A stretch of 64,000 nt of DNA, from the sequence record NC_055780.1; one strand, given 5' to 3'. A program made the position numbers and the translations under genes. Position 1 is the stretch's first letter, and each line of letters opens with the position of its first letter. Positions 34,389-43,205 of this stretch are shown piece after piece. This stretch comes from Escherichia phage MLF4. Below the pieces are notes generated by a model. The model was not told where the DNA came from. It was given only the letters and a program-made list of their open reading frames with translations, and ran no database searches.

Positions 34389-34934
34389 ATGAGAAAAGCA
34401 CTACTCGCTGGTCTATTGGCCATTTCAATGATGGCGCATAGCTCCGAGCATACTTTCAGTAATGTCCAACTCGATAACATGCGTTACGCGTATCAATTCG
34501 GGGAACAATTTTCTAAGGATGGAAAATATAAAACACACAAAAATATCCACAAGAGCGGATTAGGTCATATAATGGCTGCTATTTTATGGCAAGAAAGCTC
34601 TGGCGGAGTTAATTTAAAATCTAAACCAAAGCATCACGCCTACGGAATGTTCCAAAATTATTTGCCTACTATGCGAGCAAGAGTTAAGGAACTTGGTTAT
34701 AATATGACCGATGCTGAAATAAAAAGAATGTTGAATAAACGGTCCAATTCAGCTTCCTGGGCGTACATTGAACTTTCTTATTGGTTAAATATACATAAGG
34801 GCGATATAAGAAAAGCAATATCCTCTTATAATTCGGGATGGAATGTTAAAGCAGGTTCTAAATATGCTTCTGAAGTCCTAGAAAAGGCTAATTACCTTAA
34901 AAATAATAAACTTTTGGAAATAGTAAATGACTAA
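34389..34934 (+). CDS. secreted lytic transglycosylase-like protein (181 aa), vs.1-like
   Basis: Signal peptide MRKALLAGLLAISMMAHS; WQESSGG…YGMFQ resembles the SLT catalytic region. Confidence 0.55.
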   Translation: MRKALLAGLLAISMMAHSSEHTFSNVQLDNMRYAYQFGEQFSKDGKYKTHKNIHKSGLGHIMAAILWQESSGGVNLKSKPKHHAYGMFQNYLPTMRARVKELGYNMTDAEIKRMLNKRSNSASWAYIELSYWLNIHKGDIRKAISSYNSGWNVKAGSKYASEVLEKANYLKNNKLLEIVND

Positions 34935-35268
34935 AATTTTGGTTTTATGTATAGGATTAATTTCATTTTCTGCGTTAGCAGATACATCATATACTGAAAT
35001 TAGAGAGTATGTAAACCGTACTGCAGCGGATTATTGCGGGAAAAATAAAGCATGCCAAGCTGAATTTGCACAGAAATTAATATATGCATATAAAGACGGA
35101 GAAAGAGATAAATCAAGCAGATACAAAAACGATACATTATTAAAACGATATGCTAAAAAGTGGAATACCCTAGAATGTTCAGTTGCGGAGGAAAAAGATA
35201 AAGCCGCTTGTCATTCAATGGTTGACCGTTTAGTAGATTCTTATAATCGAGGATTGAGTACTAGATGA
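34927..35268 (+). CDS. small secreted protein (113 aa)
   Basis: Signal peptide MTKILVLCIGLISFSALA; four Cys. Confidence 0.5.
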   Translation: MTKILVLCIGLISFSALADTSYTEIREYVNRTAADYCGKNKACQAEFAQKLIYAYKDGERDKSSRYKNDTLLKRYAKKWNTLECSVAEEKDKAACHSMVDRLVDSYNRGLSTR

Positions 35269-35744
35269 TTGTAAAATATATCAAGGGCGATATTGTCGCC
35301 CTATTTCTTCAAGGTAATATTATTGCGCACGGGTGCAATTGTTTTCATACTATGGGTTCAGGCGTAGCGGGTCAATTAGCAAGAGCCTATCCCAAAATTT
35401 TAGAAATAGATAAAACCACTACTGAGTACGGTTCTCGTGATAAATTAGGCGATATGTCTATTGTTTTTAAACATAGTCCTACGGGATTTGGTATATGCTA
35501 TAACCTGTATACGCAATACGAACCAGGTCCTAATCTTGATTATGGTGCTTTAGTAAACTGCATGATAGAATTAAATCTACAGGCAGAAACCCTTTTGTTT
35601 AAACCAGTAATTTACATTCCGCGTATAGGTTGTGGTATTGCTGGCGGCGATTGGGATAAGGTTTCTAAATTAATCGACATGTTTACTCCTGATATTGATT
35701 TAATAGTGGTGGATTATGAAAGTACATTACCCGCATCCGTTTGA
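35265..35744 (+). CDS. macro-domain-like protein (159 aa)
   Basis: IIAHGCNCFHTMGSGVAGQLARAYP and IYIPRIGCGIAGGDWDKV resemble the two conserved macrodomain ADP-ribose-binding loops. Confidence 0.55.
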   Translation: MIVKYIKGDIVALFLQGNIIAHGCNCFHTMGSGVAGQLARAYPKILEIDKTTTEYGSRDKLGDMSIVFKHSPTGFGICYNLYTQYEPGPNLDYGALVNCMIELNLQAETLLFKPVIYIPRIGCGIAGGDWDKVSKLIDMFTPDIDLIVVDYESTLPASV

Positions 35745-35928
35745 TCCTAAAAACAAAGCAGAAATTATTCGTCAATGGGAACGCATTTGCCGTACTAAAT
35801 GCCCAATTAATAGTCCACATGATGTAAATAAAGACTACATTGGAACATTCGTTGAATATACCTTTATTGATAAGAAAGGTCGTAAACAACATGTAGAAGA
35901 ATATTGCTTAAAGGTTACATGGTTATGA
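35716..35928 (+). CDS. hypothetical protein (70 aa)
   Basis: ATG with GTGGA RBS; overlaps neighbours; Cys-containing. Confidence 0.45.
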   Translation: MKVHYPHPFDPKNKAEIIRQWERICRTKCPINSPHDVNKDYIGTFVEYTFIDKKGRKQHVEEYCLKVTWL

Positions 35929-36131
35929 GCCAAACTAGTATTCTTAAAAATGCCCACTGTGAAAAGTGTAAGTGGCCGGTTGTTTTTGCTTTATGCAACG
36001 ATGAAATGACTTGTGATTTCGATTATTGGTGCTATTGTTCTAATAAAGGATGTATCAATCATAAAGGTGAAGGATTTTATTCGGGATTTTATCCTTATCC
36101 AGATTTCGTTAAAGAAGGTAAACCAAAATGA
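35904..36131 (+). CDS. Cys-rich small protein (about 70 aa), putative zinc binding
   Basis: CEKCKWP…CNDEMTCDFDYWCYCSNKGC; start uncertain (35919 or 35925). Confidence 0.45.
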   Translation: MLKGYMVMSQTSILKNAHCEKCKWPVVFALCNDEMTCDFDYWCYCSNKGCINHKGEGFYSGFYPYPDFVKEGKPK

Positions 36132-36297
36132 ATAGTTTTGAGTTACAATACGAAGTGTTACGTGAGCTTGATAATTTAATTGAACTCGCTGCTAATAAAG
36201 GTTTTGCCATTGGAATTGGTCAAAAAGATACTGATCATTTAACTATGGAAATATTTAAGCAAAAGCGAATTATTTTAAAACTCCTGGAAATTAATAT

Positions 36298-36483
36298 ATG
36301 AGTCTGAGTAAAGAACAAAAAGATAAATTGTTTGAGCTTATCCATGAACTTCTAGATGAGCATACAGAAGCAAACACCTTTTATGATGAATACGGCCCGC
36401 TATCTCCCGAACAGCAGGAAGAATTTGCTGTTCGGTTTGATAAGAAAGAAAATGAATTAATAGCTTATGTGAATACGCTTTAA
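36298..36483 (+). CDS. hypothetical acidic protein (61 aa)
   Basis: Small ORF immediately upstream of tk. Confidence 0.45.
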   Translation: MSLSKEQKDKLFELIHELLDEHTEANTFYDEYGPLSPEQQEEFAVRFDKKENELIAYVNTL

Positions 36484-36492
36484 GAAGGTGAT

Positions 36493-37074
36493 ATGGCGAG
36501 TTTAATTTTTACTTATGCAGCAATGAATGCTGGAAAATCTGCTTCTCTTTTGACTGCTGCACATAATTATAAAGAACGTGGAATGGGTGTATTAGTTCTT
36601 AAGCCTGCTATTGATACTCGCGATTCTGTCTGTGAAGTTGTTTCTCGCATTGGAATTAAGCAGGAAGCGAATATTATTACAGATGATATGGATATTTTCG
36701 AGTTCTATAAATGGGCTGAAGCACAAAAAGATATTCATTGCGTATTTGTAGATGAAGCTCAGTTTTTAAAAACTGAACAGGTGCACCAATTAAGCCGAAT
36801 TGTTGATACATATAATGTTCCTGTTATGGCTTATGGATTAAGGACTGATTTCGCTGGAAAATTGTTTGAAGGTTCTAAAGAACTTTTGGCGATTGCAGAT
36901 AAACTTATTGAACTAAAGGCAGTTTGTCATTGTGGTAAAAAAGCTATTATGACAGCTCGATTAATGGAAGATGGAACACCAGTTAAAGAAGGTAATCAAA
37001 TCTGTATTGGTGATGAAATTTATGTTTCTTTGTGTAGAAAACATTGGAATGAATTAACTAAAAAGCTCGGTTAG
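36493..37074 (+). CDS. tk: thymidine kinase (193 aa)
   Basis: P-loop AAMNAGKSASLL; Zn-binding C…CHCGKKA…C region; length equals T4 Tk. Confidence 0.95.
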   Translation: MASLIFTYAAMNAGKSASLLTAAHNYKERGMGVLVLKPAIDTRDSVCEVVSRIGIKQEANIITDDMDIFEFYKWAEAQKDIHCVFVDEAQFLKTEQVHQLSRIVDTYNVPVMAYGLRTDFAGKLFEGSKELLAIADKLIELKAVCHCGKKAIMTARLMEDGTPVKEGNQICIGDEIYVSLCRKHWNELTKKLG

Positions 37075-37083
37075 TGCAAAAGT

Positions 37084-37091
37084 TATAAATA
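37084..37091 (+). promoter_or_regulatory. T4 late promoter TATAAATA
   Basis: Exact TATAAATA 27 nt upstream of ATG 37118. Confidence 0.5.
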
Positions 37092-37117
37092 GGTTTATCT
37101 AACTAAAGGGGTATATA

Positions 37118-37330
37118 ATGCTACAATTAACTGAAAAGCAACTTCGCAATCTTACTGTTCTTCAATTAGATGAAATTCGTAGGGAAGTTGGAAATATCAT
37201 TTCAGCTTTGCGTCGAGAAGTATCACTCAACCAATCTCCGGCAGACTATACTAGATTGCGAAATTTTGAAAAATACCTTGATAAAGTTAAGGCCGTGCAT
37301 CGGCATAAAGTAAATACAGGACAAAAATGA
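37118..37330 (+). CDS. hypothetical protein (70 aa)
   Basis: GGGGTATATA then ATG; basic helical protein. Confidence 0.5.
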
Positions 37331-37342
37331 TAGGAGGCCTTT

Positions 37343-37636
37343 ATGGCCTTAAAAGCAACGGCACTATTTGCCATGCTAGGATTAGCATTTGCTTTGTCTC
37401 CACCGATTGAAGCAAATGTCGATCCTCATTTTGATAAATTTATGGAATCTGGTATTAGACATGTTTATATGCTTTTTGAAAATAAAAGCGTAGAATCATC
37501 TGAACAGTTCTATAGTTTTATGCGAACGACTTATAAAAATGACCCGTGCTCTTCCGATTTTGAATGTATAGAGCGAGGCGCGGAGATGGCACAATCATAC
37601 GCTAGAATTATGAACATTAAATTGGAGACTGAATGA
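37343..37636 (+). CDS. rI: lysis inhibition regulator RI (antiholin), 97 aa
   Basis: N-terminal signal-anchor MALKATALFAMLGLAFALS; length and position equal T4 RI. Confidence 0.85.
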   Translation: MALKATALFAMLGLAFALSPPIEANVDPHFDKFMESGIRHVYMLFENKSVESSEQFYSFMRTTYKNDPCSSDFECIERGAEMAQSYARIMNIKLETE

Positions 37637-38019
37637 AATTCAGCGACTTTTCACAAAGTGGAAAACCTTCAAAGGCAGATGAATACTTAGGTTTATTAAT
37701 GGCTGCACAAGCTTATTTTCATTCTGCACATTTTGAAACTAAAAGTTATGCTAGACACAAAGCATACGATTTTATTTTCTCCGAGTTGCCAGATTTGATT
37801 GATAAATTTGGTGAGCAATATTTGGGGTATTCTGGTAGAAAATACACGCCTTCAATTCCAGATGCCAGTAAACTTCCTACCGACACAATTAAAATGATTG
37901 ATCGCATACTAGACCAATCTAACAGCATTTATAAAGAAATGCCTCCAGCCATTCAAAGCACGATAGATGATATTACTGGAATGTTTTACCAGAGTAAGTA
38001 TCTTCTTTCCCTCGAATAA
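37633..38019 (+). CDS. hypothetical protein (128 aa)
   Basis: ATGA overlap with rI; GGAGA RBS. Confidence 0.55.
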   Translation: MKFSDFSQSGKPSKADEYLGLLMAAQAYFHSAHFETKSYARHKAYDFIFSELPDLIDKFGEQYLGYSGRKYTPSIPDASKLPTDTIKMIDRILDQSNSIYKEMPPAIQSTIDDITGMFYQSKYLLSLE

Positions 38020-38024
38020 CATTA

Positions 38025-38046
38025 GTCTCCTTCGGGAGACTTTTTT
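38025..38046 (+). terminator. intrinsic terminator
   Basis: GTCTCC-TTCG-GGAGAC hairpin plus TTTTTT. Confidence 0.7.
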
Positions 38047-38056
38047 CATTTTACCG

Positions 38057-38086
38057 GTTTACTTTCCGTTTGAGCTGTGATACTAT
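38057..38086 (+). promoter_or_regulatory. T4-type early promoter
   Basis: GTTTAC at 38057 plus TGTGATACTATACAACTATCA module. Confidence 0.55.
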
Positions 38087-38114
38087 ACAACTATCAGATA
38101 AAGAGGAGAACATC

Positions 38115-38303
38115 ATGAAAATTGAAGCACTCAATCAAGAAGGAAATATCTACGTCATCATTAATGGTGATTTTTTCGTCGACATGGATGAAGTTACTAG
38201 TGAAGAACTTGTAGAATTTCTTAAGAAACGTTATAATATGTGTGATGAAGTTGCAACTCACATGGCATGTGCAATATTCTCTCTTTCATATGTGGTGGAA
38301 TAA
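38115..38303 (+). CDS. hypothetical protein (62 aa)
   Basis: Start trimmed to ATG 38115 (RBS AAGAGGAGA). Confidence 0.5.
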   Translation: MKIEALNQEGNIYVIINGDFFVDMDEVTSEELVEFLKKRYNMCDEVATHMACAIFSLSYVVE

Positions 38304-38506
38304 TGATTAGTATCGAACAAGCGGATAAAATTAAGGAATTGGTAGCTTTAATTCGTAAAGCAGATGAGGAACTTAGTGACTTTGCTTGGTTTTCATCAGG
38401 CATTGCAAATAAAGACATTGATGAACTTGAAGCTAAAGTTGATAATGCTTTAGAAGCGTTAGATATGTTTCTTGATGAAATTATCGATCATAATACGAGA
38501 GTTTAA
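38303..38506 (+). CDS. hypothetical protein (67 aa)
   Basis: TAATG-coupled start. Confidence 0.5.
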   Translation: MISIEQADKIKELVALIRKADEELSDFAWFSSGIANKDIDELEAKVDNALEALDMFLDEIIDHNTRV

Positions 38507-38508
38507 GT

Positions 38509-38703
38509 ATGCTAACACGTGAACAGTTTGAAAAAATCATTAAATTAGCACGTGATATTGAAATAGATTCATACCAATTAGCAGTTGAGCATTGTGAAGG
38601 ATATTCATACGACGGTATAGAAGCAGCTAAAAAGGATTTGGATAAATCCAAAGCTAAGTTAGTTCAATATCTTGAAATGATTAGGTGGAATAATGAAAAC
38701 TGA
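38509..38703 (+). CDS. hypothetical protein (64 aa)
   Basis: Small helical ORF in coupled series. Confidence 0.5.
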   Translation: MLTREQFEKIIKLARDIEIDSYQLAVEHCEGYSYDGIEAAKKDLDKSKAKLVQYLEMIRWNNEN

Positions 38704-38866
38704 AAAGCAGATGTTTTTAATGAAGCTAATTGAAGAATATGCTAATGCAGTTTCTGACTATGAGTATTCTGCTCGGGAAAGAGGTACGGCTTTCGCTAAA
38801 GAAGAATTGAAAATCATGGTTGATGCTCATACAAAGCTTCAGAATTTTATCGAAAACGTCATTTAA
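38693..38866 (+). CDS. hypothetical protein (57 aa)
   Basis: ORF below track cutoff; ATG 38693 after GGTGGAATA; fills otherwise empty coding space. Confidence 0.4.
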   Translation: MKTEKQMFLMKLIEEYANAVSDYEYSARERGTAFAKEELKIMVDAHTKLQNFIENVI

Positions 38867-38868
38867 TG

Positions 38869-38898
38869 GTTTACAAGTTGGCAAGGTTATGGTATAGT
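38869..38898 (+). promoter_or_regulatory. T4-type early promoter
   Basis: GTTTAC at 38869, TGGTATAGT -10. Confidence 0.5.
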
Positions 38899-39030
38899 AA
38901 TCTTGTCAACTGCCAAGGAGAAGAGAATGAAAGTTTTGTTTGTTGTGTATGTGATGATTCAATATAATTACCCAATGTTTACTTATAATCTGGTGAACAA
39001 TATTATTGATATGATTCAGAGGAGTATGTA

Positions 39031-39216
39031 ATGACAAGTGAGCAGGCTTTTAAATTAAGAGAATTAATTGAGACGTATAGTAAAGCTGTTCATACATCAA
39101 CAATTATTGATGAATCAGCTTTCTCCGGACATGCTAACAAGATTAAATACAAAACTCTTATGGAAGAAGCTAAAGTAAATCTCGATTCTTATATTGAAAC
39201 TTTAATTGGTAAATAA
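39031..39216 (+). CDS. hypothetical protein (61 aa)
   Basis: GAGGAG RBS. Confidence 0.5.
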   Translation: MTSEQAFKLRELIETYSKAVHTSTIIDESAFSGHANKIKYKTLMEEAKVNLDSYIETLIGK

Positions 39217-39217
39217 T

Positions 39218-39760
39218 ATGAAAGCTGTAATTGAAACAACTGATTTGTTCGGTGACCTAGTTATCGAAAAACGCGGTAATGTATACGTTCTGACGCAGGA
39301 AGACGATAGTATTACTATTCTTCCTATGGAACTGGCTGCGATTTTATCTTATGCTCCCTCAGGAGTTACCGGTGTAACTAATATTACAGGTGACCTCCAA
39401 GTTCGTTTTTATCGTGGCCTTTACGGCGGTAATATTGAAACTGAATTTATGTGTCTTTCTATCAACAATTGGGCAACATTCGTTGCCAAGGTGAAAGAAT
39501 TCTTAGAATCTGAAACAGTCGAAACACCCGAAAAGGCTAAACTTCAATGGGCTAAAGATCGCGGTGCTAACATTATTAATCCAGTAGCTGCAAACTATAC
39601 TACGACTTTGGATGTCAAGACTTCTTATGAAGATGGCGATGTCGTACTTGTTCGCCAAAATGATGATTCTCGAGCACATATTGTCACATTTACCAAAGAC
39701 GAAGCTATTGCGCTAAAGACTTATCTTGATTCTGTCATTCCAACTATGATTTCAAAGTGA
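39218..39760 (+). CDS. hypothetical protein (180 aa), paralog A
   Basis: C-terminus …FTKDEAIALKTYLDSVIPTMISK resembles the next ORF's …SKSEAEAMIKYLTTVTPSMRG. Confidence 0.55.
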   Translation: MKAVIETTDLFGDLVIEKRGNVYVLTQEDDSITILPMELAAILSYAPSGVTGVTNITGDLQVRFYRGLYGGNIETEFMCLSINNWATFVAKVKEFLESETVETPEKAKLQWAKDRGANIINPVAANYTTTLDVKTSYEDGDVVLVRQNDDSRAHIVTFTKDEAIALKTYLDSVIPTMISK

Positions 39761-39766
39761 GGAAAT

Positions 39767-40288
39767 ATGTTTATTTCAAGTGGAAGTGGTTTAATTCGTG
39801 TTGAATTTAAAAATGACATCTTTCTTATTCAAGGAGATGATATTATTAAAATGAGTTATGACGAAATCAAGAAAATTTGTCATGCTCTTGAAAGTCATGG
39901 AAAAGTGAACGCTGTTATTGATATTGGCGATTTATGGGTGACACTTTATGAAGTATCCGAAGGATTTAACATTGAAGATGAAAATAACATTTTAGCTATT
40001 GATAAAAGAAGTGATTTGTTTGATGTATTAAAAGTTTATGAACAGTCAAATGGCGGAAGAAAAGCTGCATTGATTTATCAAAAACCGCATTCATGTGGAA
40101 CTGCTTCAATCATTTCAAATATTGAAGATGAAGTTGATACTTATATGTGTGTTTTAAAAGCTGGTGGTGACCGTCATCCGGATTTTATTTCTATTCGTCA
40201 AAACAATGGAGAAATTTCATTATCAAAATCAGAAGCTGAAGCTATGATTAAGTATTTAACAACTGTTACGCCTTCAATGAGAGGATAA
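39767..40288 (+). CDS. hypothetical protein (173 aa), paralog B
   Basis: GAGGAAAT RBS; C-terminal motif shared with the upstream ORF. Confidence 0.55.
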   Translation: MFISSGSGLIRVEFKNDIFLIQGDDIIKMSYDEIKKICHALESHGKVNAVIDIGDLWVTLYEVSEGFNIEDENNILAIDKRSDLFDVLKVYEQSNGGRKAALIYQKPHSCGTASIISNIEDEVDTYMCVLKAGGDRHPDFISIRQNNGEISLSKSEAEAMIKYLTTVTPSMRG

Positions 40289-40290
40289 TT

Positions 40291-40752
40291 ATGATTATTA
40301 ATGAAAACTCTTGGCACTATAAATTATTCAAATTGTTTAACGATGAATGGCAACGACCTAAGACACTATGCGCATATTTTTGGTCTATTGCCATTCCTAC
40401 ATTTTTCGTTTCTATTTTTGGATGTGCTATACTCGTAGGGCTAACAATTATTTGTGCAGAAAGCCTACAGCGTTGGATTATTTTTGGTAGTTTATGGACT
40501 TTGCTTCCATCAGCATTTATACTTGCGCTTTTGGTTGTTTTACTTATTATCGGTTCATTTGTTATTCCTGCACATTTGCGTGAAAAATATAAAGATTATA
40601 AATGGAAAAAGGATTATGCTTTACACGTAGAAAATATTGATAGGGCGTATAAAGGTTTACCTCCTATTCAACCCAAGAAATCTATTATCGTCGAATTTTT
40701 AAAAGCCCGTAAAGCTAAAGTATGTCCTGTTATTGAATATAAGGCTGAATGA
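40291..40752 (+). CDS. membrane protein (153 aa)
   Basis: Three predicted TM segments. Confidence 0.55.
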   Translation: MIINENSWHYKLFKLFNDEWQRPKTLCAYFWSIAIPTFFVSIFGCAILVGLTIICAESLQRWIIFGSLWTLLPSAFILALLVVLLIIGSFVIPAHLREKYKDYKWKKDYALHVENIDRAYKGLPPIQPKKSIIVEFLKARKAKVCPVIEYKAE

Positions 40753-41762
40753 TGAAAACAGTAATGAAAAGCTATTTTGGTAGTCATCTTTATGGAACTT
40801 CTACTCCAGAATCTGATGTAGATTTTAAAGAAATCTTTGTTCCTCCTGCTCGCGATATTCTTATCGGAAATGTCAAAGAGCACATGAGTAAAAACACTAA
40901 CAATACATCATCTAAAAACACTAAAGATGATATTGACCATGAACTATACAGTCTTAAATATTTCTTTAAATTAGCAGCAGATGGTGAAACCGTAGCATTG
41001 GATATGCTTCACACTCCACCTGAACTAGTGGTTAAATCCGATTTGCCTGATGTGTGGAAGTTTATTCAAGACAACCGTTCTCGTTTTTATACGACTAACA
41101 TGAAATCATATTTAGGATATGTCCGCAAGCAAGCTTCTAAATACGGCGTCAAGGGTTCTCGTTTGGCTGCATTACGTGATGTATTGAAAGTAGTTAATCA
41201 AATCCCTGAGCAATGGGTTGATTACCAAGAAGACGGTTCCATTAAGCAGCGTCGTACTAAAGTTGAAGATATTAAGCATCGTCTTCCAGAAAACGAATTC
41301 TGTGAATGGGTGTTCCATAATCATGAGAAAACAGGCCCACAAACGTTCTACACTGTGTTGGGTCGTAAATATCAGACAACGCTTTCTCTTATTGAGCTTA
41401 AGCAGTCACTGAACAAATTAGATGCTGAATACGGTGAACGTGCTCGTAAGGCCGAAGCCAATGAAGGCATTGATTGGAAAGCACTAAGTCATGCTTGTCG
41501 TGGTGGACTCCAACTATTGGAAATTTACAAAACTGGTGACTTAGTCTATCCACTTCAAGATGCTCCATTTATTCTCGACGTGAAGTTGGGTAAACATCCA
41601 TTTAAAACAGTTCAAGAGTTTTTGGAAGATGTGGTCGATCAAGTAGAAGCAGCATCTACTGAAGCTTCTAAGAACGGTATGCCTAAAACAGTAGACATGA
41701 GTTTCTGGGATGACTTCCTTGAGAAGGTCTATCTTGAAAACCACCGAAGTTATTATAAATGA
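40749..41762 (+). CDS. nucleotidyltransferase-fold protein (337 aa)
   Basis: N-terminal FGSHLYGTSTPESDVDF matches the Pol-beta-type NTase motif hG[GS]x(9-13)DhD; downstream acidic residue in VALDMLH. Confidence 0.6.
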   Translation: MMKTVMKSYFGSHLYGTSTPESDVDFKEIFVPPARDILIGNVKEHMSKNTNNTSSKNTKDDIDHELYSLKYFFKLAADGETVALDMLHTPPELVVKSDLPDVWKFIQDNRSRFYTTNMKSYLGYVRKQASKYGVKGSRLAALRDVLKVVNQIPEQWVDYQEDGSIKQRRTKVEDIKHRLPENEFCEWVFHNHEKTGPQTFYTVLGRKYQTTLSLIELKQSLNKLDAEYGERARKAEANEGIDWKALSHACRGGLQLLEIYKTGDLVYPLQDAPFILDVKLGKHPFKTVQEFLEDVVDQVEAASTEASKNGMPKTVDMSFWDDFLEKVYLENHRSYYK

Positions 41763-41764
41763 TA

Positions 41765-41788
41765 GGGAGCCTTCGGGCTCCCTTTTTT
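41765..41788 (+). terminator. intrinsic terminator
   Basis: GGGAGCC-TTCG-GGCTCCC hairpin plus TTTTTT. Confidence 0.75.
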
Positions 41789-41812
41789 ATTTCAAAAATT
41801 TTTCACAAAACT

Positions 41813-41842
41813 GTTTACAAGCATAAAGCTTTATGGTACTAT
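41813..41842 (+). promoter_or_regulatory. T4-type early promoter
   Basis: TTTTTCACAAAACTGTTTACA … TGGTACTATACAACTATCAAAAC. Confidence 0.6.
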
Positions 41843-41880
41843 ACAACTATCAAAACAAATGAGTAAATTGGAGATACAAA

Positions 41881-42081
41881 ATGACTACTTTGAATAAACG
41901 TTTCGGTAAAGCTAAATCTGGGTGTGCAGCTGAACGTCGTTATGTTTTCGCTCAGTTAGAAGATGTAGAGTATCAGATTAATCAAGTTCACATTACTGGT
42001 ATCGAGCCTATGTGTGGCCTTGAAGCTCTTCGTGAAGTTCGTGACGGGTATCGTCGTGACATCGAAGAAATGTCAAAATAA
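41881..42081 (+). CDS. hypothetical protein (66 aa)
   Basis: GGAGATACAAA then ATG; sits between the NTase and ATPase genes. Confidence 0.5.
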   Translation: MTTLNKRFGKAKSGCAAERRYVFAQLEDVEYQINQVHITGIEPMCGLEALREVRDGYRRDIEEMSK

Positions 42082-42138
42082 GTATACAAACTGATAGGAC
42101 TATGTTATAGTAGTCCTATCAAATCAAAGGAGAATAAA

Positions 42139-43107
42139 ATGAAAACTGTAACTATCAATAAGGGTATTTACTTCGGTAAAGAAATCTCTGGAACTTTTGA
42201 GCTCTTAGGCGAATGGTTCCCAGATAATGCTCCGGTAGATGCACAAGGAGATGGTAAAGTTTTTGTTGAAATTGACGGTAAACGTCGCGGTGTTTGGGTT
42301 TACAAATCAGACATTTCATATGATGGTGTAAAAGTTGAAGAAGTTAAAGAATCGTATGAAGATATGAAAACCCGCATTAATAAAAGATTTAATGTTATGG
42401 GAATGATGACGAATGGTATTATTAACGGAAACATTCGTTCATTAATTATCTCTGGTGCAGCAGGTATTGGTAAAACGTATTCTTTAGATAAAGCTTTAAA
42501 TAAAGCAAATGATATTGGATACATTGAATATAAAAGCATTAATGGTAAAATCTCTGGTATTGGTCTTTATGAGCAGCTTTGGAATAATCGTGAAGAGAAT
42601 TCTGTCCTTTTGATTGATGATGTGGATGTTTTCTCTGATATGGACATTCTTAATCTTCTGAAAGCTGCTCTGGACACTGGAGAGACCCGTAAAGTCTGCT
42701 GGAGCACCGCATCTTCTTACTTAGAAGAAAAAGGCATTGAGCGTGAGTTTGAATTTAAAGGAACGATTGTTTTTATCACAAACGTTGACATTGACCGCGA
42801 ATTAGACCGTGGTACTAAACTTGCTCCACATTTACAAGCATTAGTGTCCCGCTCAGTTTATTTGGATTTGGGTGTTCACACTAATGAAGAAATTATGGTC
42901 AGGGTTGAAGATGTTATTCTTTCAACTGACATGATGCAAAAGCGCGGTCTTTCTGATGAAGAAACTTATAAAGCATTATCATGGATGAAAGTCAATGTTA
43001 ATCGTTTACGCAATGTTTCACTGCGTACTGCTCTTTATCTTGCTGACTTTATTATGACCGACAAAAACGGTTGGGAAGAAATCGCTGAGGTTACTCTTCT
43101 GAAATAA
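42139..43107 (+). CDS. AAA+ type P-loop ATPase (322 aa)
   Basis: Walker A GAAGIGKT, Walker B VLLIDDVD, sensor-1-like FITN, Arg-finger-like LVSRS. Confidence 0.65.
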   Translation: MKTVTINKGIYFGKEISGTFELLGEWFPDNAPVDAQGDGKVFVEIDGKRRGVWVYKSDISYDGVKVEEVKESYEDMKTRINKRFNVMGMMTNGIINGNIRSLIISGAAGIGKTYSLDKALNKANDIGYIEYKSINGKISGIGLYEQLWNNREENSVLLIDDVDVFSDMDILNLLKAALDTGETRKVCWSTASSYLEEKGIEREFEFKGTIVFITNVDIDRELDRGTKLAPHLQALVSRSVYLDLGVHTNEEIMVRVEDVILSTDMMQKRGLSDEETYKALSWMKVNVNRLRNVSLRTALYLADFIMTDKNGWEEIAEVTLLK

Positions 43108-43205
43108 TTCATAAGAGGACTTCTATGACAAAAAGGCAGTTCAGAAATAGATTATATGGACTGCCATCAAAAAGATGACTAGAATTAAACTGGTAAATGG
43201 AGGTA

